23,106 nt of DNA. Source: a bacterium (GTDB lineage: Bacteria > Zhuqueibacterota > Zhuqueibacteria > Oceanimicrobiales > Oceanimicrobiaceae). Positions 8,397 through 16,583 of the stretch are shown in pieces. The position numbers were made by a program, and so were the translations under genes. The stretch spans positions 1 to 23,106 of the forward strand of contig JBHHXN010000080.1 in the NCBI GenBank assembly GCA_046757025.1, written 5' to 3'. Position 1 is the stretch's first letter. Every line of letters begins with the position of its first letter. The notes beneath the pieces are model-generated. The model saw only the letters and a list, made by a program, of their open reading frames with translations. It searched no databases and was not told the origin of the DNA.

Positions 8397-9929
8397 ATGG
8401 ATCGTTCAGTCACCTTCAACTTAATATTGGTGGCCTTTGTTGTTCAAGTAGTCATGGCCAGCGCTACTCAAGCGATGAGGCTGGATAATCGAAACATTAT
8501 TTGCCCAGGTGATTCGGCCGCAGTAGTATTGATTATTGATCCTGATTTAGTCACTCAAATTCGATCTCACCTCAACCAGTTTGAAGAAGATCTATGCCTT
8601 GAAAATTACACCGTGATCGAAAGAGAGTCCGATTTCACGACTCCACTTGAAGTCCGCAATTATCTTTCCGAGTTATATCGACAAACCGACGAAATGCTCG
8701 AAGGGGTTATATTCATTGGTGAGGTTCCATGGGCGTATCAATGGGTAAAAATAGTTTTTGCGAATCCAAGGATTCCCCCCTTTGAAGAGGAAGTAATAAG
8801 CTTTCAGTTTTATTCCGATCTTGACGGTACTTTTACCACTTCTCCAAATTATAGTTCGCCGGGAAATCATGCCTTTTCTTTTGACATACACAGCGAAGAA
8901 GTGGACTGGGAGATTTGGAGCAGTATTCTTCCCGTTTATAAAGGCAGTCTTTCGCAAACTGCCGACGCGATTAACCGTTACTTTGTAAAGAATCATTTGT
9001 ATCGAACCGGCAGGTATGATCTATCTGATGATTTTTTGCAAATTACTGAACTTCATGAGGCGCAAACATTGGAACAACATTACTCAATTCTCAATAGTTT
9101 GCGTACAGGAACGTATTCCTGGACGCCGTTGAGTAACTCCGAAAAGGCACGTATATATTTTGATAGTCCTCCAGGGAGCCTGTCCGTTGCTCAAGGTTAT
9201 GATAATTTATCCCAAGGCGTTTCCAAATTAACCGTACTGGATGCTCATGGGTGGGCACAGGCCAGCGGAAAACTTACTATTCAATGGATTGAGAGTAATC
9301 AACTAAACACGGCCTTCATTTGGAGCAATGGTTGTTCAGTTGGGAATCTTGATTTTGAGGAAAATTTCATAACATCAACAATTTACAGCCCAACCAGCCG
9401 TGTCTTGTTAGCCAAAGGCACAACTAACAACTCAGGGGGCATGGGTACTAATCAGGATGGATTCTTCGGTCACAATATCGCAACTCAACTGGTATCGGGC
9501 TCAAACTTTGGTCAGGCTATTTTGAAGCATGTCAATGTCCCTCTCATTTGGCCATGGTCTGATAGTAGAGAGTTCCATTTCGCAACCTCCATACTTGTTG
9601 GTGATCCAACATTAAAGTTACGACCTTCCCAAATTACCAGTACAGGTTCGGATGTCAACCTCCCCGCCACCTTTACTTTACATCAAAATTATCCGAATCC
9701 ATTCAACCCGATTACAAAAATACAATTTGAATTACATAGAATCACAAAAGCCAAGCTCATTATATTTAATGCTCTTGGGCAAGAAATTGAAACAATATTT
9801 AATGGAATAAGACCGAAAGGCAACTATGTGATTAGCTTTGATGGTAGCAAGCTTAGCAGCGGTTTGTATTTTTATCGCCTGAAAACCGATGAATTCAGTG
9901 AAGTACGCAAAATGCTGTTAATCCATTAG
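8397..9929 (+). CDS. Secreted gingipain-like cysteine peptidase (C25/clan CD-like) with T9SS type A-like C-terminal sorting domain
   Basis: Signal peptide (FNLILVAFVVQVVMASATQA); C25-like motifs GVIFIGEVP and FYSDLDG; His-Gly (LDAHG) and Gly-Cys (WSNGCSVG) dyad; ILVGDPTL; C-terminal LHQNYPNPFNP...LSSGLYFYRL...RKMLLIH. ATG 8397 has a GGAG SD, whereas the ORF track starts at 8385. Confidence 0.75.
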   Translation: MDRSVTFNLILVAFVVQVVMASATQAMRLDNRNIICPGDSAAVVLIIDPDLVTQIRSHLNQFEEDLCLENYTVIERESDFTTPLEVRNYLSELYRQTDEMLEGVIFIGEVPWAYQWVKIVFANPRIPPFEEEVISFQFYSDLDGTFTTSPNYSSPGNHAFSFDIHSEEVDWEIWSSILPVYKGSLSQTADAINRYFVKNHLYRTGRYDLSDDFLQITELHEAQTLEQHYSILNSLRTGTYSWTPLSNSEKARIYFDSPPGSLSVAQGYDNLSQGVSKLTVLDAHGWAQASGKLTIQWIESNQLNTAFIWSNGCSVGNLDFEENFITSTIYSPTSRVLLAKGTTNNSGGMGTNQDGFFGHNIATQLVSGSNFGQAILKHVNVPLIWPWSDSREFHFATSILVGDPTLKLRPSQITSTGSDVNLPATFTLHQNYPNPFNPITKIQFELHRITKAKLIIFNALGQEIETIFNGIRPKGNYVISFDGSKLSSGLYFYRLKTDEFSEVRKMLLIH

Positions 9930-9942
9930 TTTTTTGCAAACG

Positions 9943-10270
9943 TAATTGGTGATTAAACAAAAACTCCCTCAACACTCTATCACTGCGTGTCCCGCGTTCG
10001 TGCGCGACCAAGCAATCTCCTGTCTGAAATGAGGAGATTCCAACACAAAGTTTGTCCCTGCATGTCTTTAGCAGGAAGACCGCTAGAATGATATAACCTG
10101 ATTAATTCCAAATTCACGGTTTATGGTCATTGGTCATAAATCCGGTTGTCACTCAGGAGGAGTCTTTTTATTAATGTAAACTGCTGTTAATTATAAGGTT
10201 TCCTCCTGAATGACAACGAATTGTGAATTTTTCAGGATAAAGAATAGAGTTTTCGCTCAATCACGAACTA
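9943..10270. mobile_element. MITE-like element, TIR family A (TAGT..GTGATTGANCGAAAAC), carrying two nested palindromes
   Basis: Ends TAATTGGTGATTAAACAAAAACTC (9943-9966) and GAGTTTTCGCTCAATCACGAACTA (10247-10270) are complementary at 19/24 nt. Inside are a REP-like pair at 9978-10093 (GCAATCTCC...GGAGATT) and the stem GTTGTCACTCAGGAGGA / TCCTCCTGAATGACAAC (10145-10217, 16/17). Confidence 0.6.
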
Positions 10271-10375
10271 AGTGACCATTATTCCGTCAAATCCGTGTTC
10301 ATCGGTGTTAATCCGTGGCTGAGCATTACCCCGACGCTTGTCGAGGCCATCTTTTAGCAGCAACGTCTGCGAAAA
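10269..10375. repeat. 107-bp direct repeat, copy 1
   Basis: 103/107 identical to 10713-10819. Contains 9-mer repeats ATCCGTGTTCATCGGTGTTAATCCGTGG and an imperfect CCCCGAC-GCTT-GTCGAGG hairpin. Confidence 0.95.
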
Positions 10376-10498
10376 CGCTTAGGCGCTTAGTGTGCGTACA
10401 TCGACAAAGTTTTGTCGATATTGAAGTGTCAAAACTCGAACATCGAAACAATCTTGAGGATCGAGGAGCGTGGAATGCGGGTGCAATTAGTGTGTGTG

Positions 10499-10648
10499 TA
10501 GTGCCGTCCGTAAAGAGCCTTTTTTTGTCATTCCCGCAATCTTTAAGTGGGAATCCATTAGTCCGTTAGTCACAAGATTCCCGATGAGCTTGTCCCTGCA
10601 TGTTGTAGGCAGGGAGCACTCGGGAATGACGATTACGTATGGACACTA
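10499..10648. mobile_element. MITE-like element (TAGTG...CACTA ends) with GTCATTCCCG REP-like core
   Basis: Imperfect ends TAGTGCCGTCCGTAA / TTACGTATGGACACTA; perfect inner inverted repeat GTCATTCCCG (10527-10536) / CGGGAATGAC (10621-10630); nested hairpin TCCCTGC...GCAGGGA (10593-10615). Confidence 0.65.
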
Positions 10649-10712
10649 TTTATTGTGCAAAATAATTTTACGGCAAAAAGATTTTAAAACCATTACAAAT
10701 AATTGCAAATCA

Positions 10713-10819
10713 TAAGTGACCATTATTTCGTCAAATCCGTGTTCATCGGTGTTAATCCGTGGCTGAGCTTTACCCCGACGCTTGTCGGGGTCATCTTTTA
10801 GCAGCAACGTCTGCGAAAA
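10713..10819. repeat. 107-bp direct repeat, copy 2
   Basis: 103/107 identical to 10269-10375. The hairpin ACCCCGAC-GCTT-GTCGGGGT is perfect in this copy. Confidence 0.95.
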
Positions 10820-10990
10820 GACGTAGAACCTGTTCCGGGAAATTTCGCTTATTTGTGCAACAAAGTACTAGACCGCTAACAATTTATTTGCAATGCCAAC
10901 TTAAGGAAGTAAGTAATCGATTTCGTGCCAAATTGGCACTTCACCTGAGGATGCATATCTTGCGGTAAGTGAATTCTTTTCTTTACGCAG

Positions 10991-11158
10991 CTAATTAATG
11001 ATTGAACGAAAACGCAGTTTTTTACTGTCATTTCGAGTCCCGATTTTCGGGAAGGCAATCTCTGTCTTAGGCACGGAAGGAGATTGCGTCGTCCCGCACA
11101 AAACGCGGGATTCGCCATGACAGGGCGTGGGGGAAGTTTTCGTTCAGGTATTAACTAG
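10991..11158. mobile_element. MITE-like element, TIR family A, with GCAATCTC/GAGATTGC REP-like core
   Basis: Perfect inner TIR TGAACGAAAAC (11003-11013) / GTTTTCGTTCA (11136-11146), extending to 19/23. Core CTGTCAT...ATGACAG (11025-11123) with sub-hairpins TCCCGA-TTT-TCGGGA and TCCCGC-N7-GCGGGA. Confidence 0.75.
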
Positions 11159-11198
11159 TGATTATACAATTTCTGGACAACCTTAATTTATATAATAA

Positions 11199-11408
11199 AT
11201 CACTAGTGTCCCGTTAAGTAAAATATAATAGACACATAACTATCAGTAATTTAGTAAGTTATGTAGGTATAAATATTGGAATCGATTTGAATTCAAAACC
11301 ACGAAATTGTAAATTTTTCAAAAAACACATATCTTGTTTTTATTAACTTTATAGGCACTAATTTTCTATTCTACTAAATTATTAGTAGAATGTCGGGACA
11401 CTTGTGAT
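11199..11408. mobile_element. AT-rich MITE-like element (TAGTGTCCCG ends)
   Basis: ATCACTAGTGTCCCG (11199-11213) / CGGGACACTTGTGAT (11394-11408), 14/15 complementary. Internal hairpins ACATAACT...AGTTATGT and ATTCTACTAA-ATTA-TTAGTAGAAT (11368-11391). Confidence 0.7.
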
Positions 11409-11499
11409 AATAAATATCCAATCAAAAATCAATAGAAATTATTGCTTTAGAATAATATATTTCGTACGTTTTCAAACTTATACTGAAACTGCTAAATAC

Positions 11500-11738
11500 C
11501 CTAGCGCGGCGGAGCCGCAAATGTTTAAATGACTTGCTTTGTTGTGGTCCAAACCATGGTGCTATTATCAGCCGTCATTAAGCCTCGCTGTCATTGACAG
11601 AGGTGAATTATTGCTGCTGTCTAAAATGACGCCAAAGGCAAATGACCTGATGACTTTATGACGGGTCGTGTCATTCACTTCGCGTCATTTAGCCATTTTC
11701 TTGTAAAAAAATGCAAAAGTTCAGAAGTAATACTATAA
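11500..11738. repeat. ATGAC/GTCAT-rich dispersed element; its right end is duplicated at the window start
   Basis: Head GCGGCGGAGCCGC; tandem AATGAC/GATGAC/TATGAC units; stem AAATGACGC (11624-11632) / GCGTCATTT (11682-11690); 11685-11738 matches 1-54. The left boundary is uncertain. Confidence 0.65.
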
Positions 11739-11962
11739 TATGAATCATATCCAGAAACACTGCGCAATTCTATCATGAATAAAAATATCGTACTAAATTC
11801 AATTCTTTCATCTGGTGTCCCGAATCAAATTCGGGAAAGGATGACAGGCCTTCTCAGGGATTCCCCAATTCATTTCAGGATTCACCATGAAGAGATTTAT
11901 GCAACAGAAACCAAGTCGGCATTCCTATTTATCAACAAATTCAAACGCTGATTGAAATTATC

Positions 11963-12934
11963 ATGCAAACAAAACAATTAGGCAACACCGACCTGCACCT
12001 GACTCGCATCGGCCTGGGCACCTGGGCCATGGGCAGCGGCGGCTGGGCATACAGTTGGGGAGATCAGAATGACCAGGCATCCATCGCAACGATTCAGCGG
12101 GCGCTGGAGCTGGGCATCAACTGGATCGACACCGCACCGGTTTACGGACTGGGTCATGCGGAGGAGATCGTGGGCAAAGCCATCAAAACACTCGCTGAAA
12201 AACCCATCATCGCCACCAAATGCAGCCTGGTGTGGGATGAGCACAAAAACATTTCCTCCAATTTAAAAAAAGCCAGCATCAAAAAAGAGGTGGAAGATAG
12301 TTTAAAGCGACTGCAGATCGACGTCATCGATCTCTACCAGATTCATTGGCCGAATCCACCGCAGGACATCGAGGAAGGCTGGGGCGCCGTGGCCGAGCTG
12401 GTGCTGGAAGGCAAGATCCGTTACGCCGGCGTGTCAAACTTCAGTGTGAAGCAGTTAAAACGCATTCAGCCAATTCATCCCGTAGCTTCCCTGCAGCCGC
12501 CGTACAGCCTGCTGGAACGGGGCATCGAAAAAGAGCTGCTGACTTATTGTGCGCAAAACCATATCGGCGTCATCGTGTACAGTCCCATGCAAATGGGCGT
12601 CCTGACGGATAAATTCACCCGCGAGTGGGTGGAAAGTTTACCTGAAGGCGACCACCGCCACCGTGAAAATCGCCAATTCCAGGAACCGCAATTGAGCGCC
12701 AATCTTGCGCTGGTGGAGTCGCTGCGGGTCCTGGCACGCCAGCGCGGGGTCAAAGTTGCGCAACTCGCCATCGCCTGGACTTTGCGCCGGCCCGAGATCA
12801 CAGCGGCCATCGTGGGCGCCCGACGCCCGGCGCAGATCGAGGAATCGGTCAAAGCCGCCGAATTGCAGCTTTCAGAAAGCGACCTCACTGAAATCGAAGC
12901 CTTGCTTGAAAATCATTATAAAGTCAGAACATAA
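11963..12934 (+). CDS. Aldo/keto reductase
   Basis: 323 aa. Motifs IGLGTWAMG, GINWIDTAPVYG (catalytic D and Y), IATKC, SLKRLQIDVIDLYQIHWP, GKIRYAGVSNF, LQPPYSLL, AIVGARRPAQ. Confidence 0.95.
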   Translation: MQTKQLGNTDLHLTRIGLGTWAMGSGGWAYSWGDQNDQASIATIQRALELGINWIDTAPVYGLGHAEEIVGKAIKTLAEKPIIATKCSLVWDEHKNISSNLKKASIKKEVEDSLKRLQIDVIDLYQIHWPNPPQDIEEGWGAVAELVLEGKIRYAGVSNFSVKQLKRIQPIHPVASLQPPYSLLERGIEKELLTYCAQNHIGVIVYSPMQMGVLTDKFTREWVESLPEGDHRHRENRQFQEPQLSANLALVESLRVLARQRGVKVAQLAIAWTLRRPEITAAIVGARRPAQIEESVKAAELQLSESDLTEIEALLENHYKVRT

Positions 12935-12958
12935 CACCGAAAACGAGAAAGAAAACAG

Positions 12959-14212
12959 ATGCCTAAAAACAAACTTATTTTAGCTTACAGCGGCGGGCTC
13001 GACACCTCGGTCATTCTCAAGTGGCTACTCAACCGCGGATTCGATGTTGTCTGTTTTGTGGGCAACGTGGGACAGAAGGAGGACTTCGCTGCGGTCGAAC
13101 AAAAAGCCCTGGTCACCGGCGCTTCAAAAGTCTATGTAGAAGATCTACGTGAAGAGTTCGTTACCGATTATATTTTCCCGGCCCTGCGCGGCAACGCCCT
13201 TTACGAAGGACGCTATTTGCTGGGGACGGCCCTAGCCCGACCGCTGTTGGCCAAAAAGCAAATCGATCTCGCTCGTCGGGAAAAAGCGAGTTACGTTTCG
13301 CACGGCGCCACCGGCAAAGGCAACGACCAGGTGCGTTTTGAGCTGACTTACTACGCATTGCATCCCGAGATCAAAATTTTCGCGCCCTGGAAAGAGCCCG
13401 ACTTTTTGGAGGAATTTAAAGGCCGAAGCGATTTGATCAAATATGCGAAAAAGTGGGGTATTCCAGTCAAAGCCTCACGTGCCAAACCGTACAGCGAAGA
13501 TGAAAACCTCATGCATATCAGCCACGAAGCGGGCATTTTAGAAGAGCCAAACTTTCGGCCGCCAGAAAACATCTTCTCCATGACCCGCGCCATTAAAAAC
13601 GCGCCGGAGCGGGAAACGGTCATCGAAATTGAGTTCCAAGACGGTTACCCCGTGCGCGTAACCAATCCGCGCAGCAAATTCACTACCGAAAAGCCGCTGG
13701 AGCTGTTCCTGTACCTAAACCAGCTCGGCAGTAAAAACGGCATCGGCCGGGTGGACATGGTTGAAAACCGCTTCATCGGCATCAAATCCAGAGGCGTTTA
13801 CGAATCGCCAGCCGCCACCATTCTGTGGGCAGCGCACCGCGACCTGGAAGGCATCGCCATGGACAAAGAGGTGATGCACATCCGGGACACACTGATTCCA
13901 AAATTTTCCGAGCTCATCTACAACGGTTTCTGGTTTTCACCGGAAATGGATTTTCTCATGTGTGCGTTTAACAAGAGCCAGGAAGCCATCGACGGCAAAG
14001 TCACGGTGTCGCTGTACAAAGGCAACGTGCAGATGGTTGGCAGAGAATCGCACACCTCGTTATACGACCAGGATATCTCCAGCATGGAAGTGGAGGGCGG
14101 CTTCGACGCTACAGATTCAAAGGGCTTCATCAACATCAATGCCATTCGACTCAAAGCCCACCATCTGGTGCTGCGCAAGCGCAAGCCGTACGACTGGCGT
14201 AAAAAGGATTGA
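12959..14212 (+). CDS. argG: Argininosuccinate synthase
   Basis: 417 aa. Motifs [51 protein letters not shown]. Confidence 0.98.
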   Translation: MPKNKLILAYSGGLDTSVILKWLLNRGFDVVCFVGNVGQKEDFAAVEQKALVTGASKVYVEDLREEFVTDYIFPALRGNALYEGRYLLGTALARPLLAKKQIDLARREKASYVSHGATGKGNDQVRFELTYYALHPEIKIFAPWKEPDFLEEFKGRSDLIKYAKKWGIPVKASRAKPYSEDENLMHISHEAGILEEPNFRPPENIFSMTRAIKNAPERETVIEIEFQDGYPVRVTNPRSKFTTEKPLELFLYLNQLGSKNGIGRVDMVENRFIGIKSRGVYESPAATILWAAHRDLEGIAMDKEVMHIRDTLIPKFSELIYNGFWFSPEMDFLMCAFNKSQEAIDGKVTVSLYKGNVQMVGRESHTSLYDQDISSMEVEGGFDATDSKGFININAIRLKAHHLVLRKRKPYDWRKKD

Positions 14213-14299
14213 TCATCAAACAGACTTAATAAAAAGTTAACATTAACTTACCTAACTTGGATTATTCACCAACCAGGATATTACGCTTAAAATCGAAAA

Positions 14300-14403
14300 C
14301 CTGAGTTTTGAAGAGCCCGTTCGGTGTTCACGCTTCCGCGTACCCCTCAACCTAAAGACTGAACACCCAACACGTTCGCTCTCTTTTGTATGAACAATTC
14401 AGG
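14300..14403. repeat. REP-like palindrome between argG and argH
   Basis: GTTCGGTGTTCA (14319-14330) / TGAACACCCAAC (14360-14371), 11/12 complementary, with weak outer ends CCTGAGTT / AATTCAGG. Confidence 0.5.
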
Positions 14404-14453
14404 CTAAACTTTTAAAGTTTAGTAAAGTTATTAAAGGCGAGTTTTTACAAGCC

Positions 14454-15632
14454 ATGAAACTCTGGGAAAAAGGCGACCCATTAGACAAACAGATCGAAGC
14501 ATTTACTGTCGGGGAGGATTACCTCCTCGACCAGAAGCTGGTGAAGTACGACTGTCTGGCCTCCATTGCCCATGCTAAAATGCTGGCTCGCATCGGTATG
14601 CTCACAGCAGCGGAGGCACAAAAACTCACCGACACCCTGAAGGAAATTATCCAGCTGCACCAGCAGGGAAACTTCCCGCTCCGCCGCGAGCAGGAAGACT
14701 GTCACACCGCCATTGAAAATCTTCTCACCCAAAAATTAGGCGACATCGGCAAAAAAATTCACACTGCCCGGTCGCGCAACGATCAGGTACTGACTGCACT
14801 GAGATTGTATTACAAAGACGCCGAAAAAGAGCTGGAAAGGCAAGTGCAAGAGTTCAATTCCGCCATTTCACAATTTGTTAAAAAATACGGACGCATAAAA
14901 CTGCCGGGTTACACCCATTCCCGCAAAGCCATGCCCTCTTCCATCCGATTGTGGGGCCGTGCCTTCATCGATGGTATGCGGGAAAATTTGAAGGTACTGG
15001 CGCTGGCCGGCGAGTTGAACGATCAATCGCCGCTGGGAACCGGCGCCGGCTACGGCCTGCCAATAAAGTTAGATCGCAGATACACAGCGCAATTGCAGGG
15101 ATTCAAACGCGTGCAAAAAAATCCCATCCACGTGCAACTAAGCCGCGGTAAATTCGAATCGACGCTGGTGCACGCTCTGAGTCAAATTATGCACGATCTA
15201 AACAGATTAGCCAGCGACCTGATCCTGTTCAGCATGCCGGAATTCGGTTTTTTCCAGCTGCCAGCGGCATTTTGCACCGGCAGCTCCATCATGCCGCAAA
15301 AGCAAAATCCCGACGTGCTGGAATTGTTGCGCGCAAAATACCACGCAGTTGTTGCGTATGAAATGCAAATCAAAAACACTGTTGCCAATCTGACGACCGG
15401 TTACCACCGCGACGTACAGCTCACCAAAGAGCCGACCATGAAAAGCCTGGAAATCACGCACAGTTGTCTGGCGATCTCGATTTTGATTTTTTCGCAATTA
15501 CAGGTTGACAAAAAAAAATGTCATCAGGCGCTCACTGCCGAGCTTTATGCCACTGAAGAAGTCTACAAATTGGTAAAACAGGGCGTGCCTTTCCGGGAGG
15601 CTTATCAGATGGTGGCTAAAAAATTTCGCTGA
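14454..15632 (+). CDS. argH: Argininosuccinate lyase (short form)
   Basis: 392 aa. Motifs EDCHTAIE, KIHTARSRNDQV, PGYTH, SPLGTGAGYG, signature TGSSIMPQKQNPD, GVPFREAY. Downstream of argG. Confidence 0.93.
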   Translation: MKLWEKGDPLDKQIEAFTVGEDYLLDQKLVKYDCLASIAHAKMLARIGMLTAAEAQKLTDTLKEIIQLHQQGNFPLRREQEDCHTAIENLLTQKLGDIGKKIHTARSRNDQVLTALRLYYKDAEKELERQVQEFNSAISQFVKKYGRIKLPGYTHSRKAMPSSIRLWGRAFIDGMRENLKVLALAGELNDQSPLGTGAGYGLPIKLDRRYTAQLQGFKRVQKNPIHVQLSRGKFESTLVHALSQIMHDLNRLASDLILFSMPEFGFFQLPAAFCTGSSIMPQKQNPDVLELLRAKYHAVVAYEMQIKNTVANLTTGYHRDVQLTKEPTMKSLEITHSCLAISILIFSQLQVDKKKCHQALTAELYATEEVYKLVKQGVPFREAYQMVAKKFR

Positions 15633-15633
15633 T

Positions 15634-16080
15634 ATGGGCTCTCAAGGCCTCCTGGTACAGGCTTTGCTGGTTTTTTGGCTACTCGATCTGTGCATAACTG
15701 AAGCTCAGGAAATTGAGATTACACACAGTCCCTTCTATCATGGCCGTGCGAGCTAGTCGCCCCAAAACGATGGGTTCGCTTACGAATGAAGGGAATTTTT
15801 ACCGCGTCAAATCTATCTAATCTCCATGGACGTCGGCAATGAAATCCTTTTAACTCGATTAATGGCAATTGACTATTTTCCTGAATGCTCACCGAACGGA
15901 CGCTGGCTGGCCTATCTGGTCAGAACCCGCAGCGGTAATCACCAAATTGATAAAATCAACACAGCCTAGATCGGGCGTGTCAGCGACAGAAACTTTACCG
16001 GCGTCAAAGCTTTCCATTTGCAAAATCACATCAAATATTTGTACGATATATTGAAAAGAATCCGCCCTCTACGACAATAA
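15634..16080 (+). pseudogene. Decayed secreted TolB-like / PD40 beta-propeller protein fragment
   Basis: A single frame from ATG 15634 reads MGSQGLLVQALLVFWLLDLCITEAQEIEITHSPFYHGRAS*SPQNDGFAYE*REFLPRQIYLISMDVGNEILLTRLMAIDYFPECSPNGRWLAYLVRTRSGNHQIDKINTA*. It has a signal peptide and two WSPDG-type PD40 repeats, with stops at 15754, 15787 and 15967. The extent past 15969 is uncertain. Confidence 0.7.
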
Positions 16081-16198
16081 AATCTAACCAAAAATATTTG
16101 AAATTTATGAATGTCAAAACTTGGAATTATTGTAAAGTCAGTTACAAACACACATCACTAACGTGATCAATTATGAAAGTTACCGGTTCGATTTTAAG

Positions 16199-16346
16199 TA
16201 GTGATTGACCGAAAACGAGCGTCTTCATGCTGAGCGGAGTCGAAGCATGACGTAAAAACAACAGCTTATCACCCTTCGACGCAGTTTATCCTGAGCTTGT
16301 CGAAGGGCTCAGGGTGAAGAAATATGGACTTTTCGGTCAATCACTA
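16199..16346. mobile_element. MITE-like element, TIR family A, with CTGAGCGGAGTCGAAG REP-like core
   Basis: Perfect 17-bp TIR TAGTGATTGACCGAAAA / TTTTCGGTCAATCACTA. Core CTTCATGCTGAGCGGAGTCGAAGCATGA ... TCACCCTTCGAC[...CCTGAGCTTGTCGAAGGG]CTCAGGGTGAAG. Confidence 0.85.
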
Positions 16347-16506
16347 GCTAAAAACTAATTGCCAAAAACCAATCGCTTAATTTTAGTAGAAGTAATTTTG
16401 GTTCAGTCAAACATAGAACAAAAGAAAAATTACTACTAATAATTTTATTACCTTTTTTTCAGGACGGCACGGTTGCATTATAAATTTAAAATCCATGAAA
16501 CAAAAC

Positions 16507-16568
16507 TTGGAAATATCAGTAGATTACCTTATATTTTGAACCAGAGTCACATTCTGACTCATCAGTCA
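16507..16568 (+). promoter_or_regulatory. Promoter and probable TetR operator of the efflux operon
   Basis: TTGGAA (16507-16512), 17 nt, TATATT (16530-16535), followed by overlapping palindromes GAGTCA-N5-TGACTC (16544-16560) and TGACT-N4-AGTCA (16555-16568) just before ATG 16584. Confidence 0.6.
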
Positions 16569-16583
16569 TTTTTGTATCGAATT

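Noticed and set aside
10269..10819. CRISPR array
   Set aside because: Only two copies, 107 bp long, with a 337-bp spacer, and no cas genes in the window.
10839..10850. GAAATTTCGCTT match to the aceB operator palindrome
   Set aside because: Incomplete palindrome, inside the repeat cluster and far from any gene start; likely chance.
10315..11118. Small ORFs 10315-10569, 10494-10715, 10759-10968 and 10876-11118, two of which share an N-terminus like paralogous peptides
   Set aside because: The similarity comes purely from the 107-bp DNA repeat. They have GTG/weak starts without an SD, run through palindromic elements and show no protein motifs.
15754..15969. Stop-codon recoding (Sec/Pyl or alternative genetic code) in the PD40 frame
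   Set aside because: TAG and TGA stops are mixed, both are used as normal stops by intact genes here, and other conserved positions are also degraded.
15869..16054. 61-aa ORF in the track
   Set aside because: It is an off-frame shadow of the PD40 pseudogene.
16473..16583. N-terminal extension of TetR from the TTG start
   Set aside because: It overlaps the predicted promoter and operator; ATG 16584 gives a typical TetR length.
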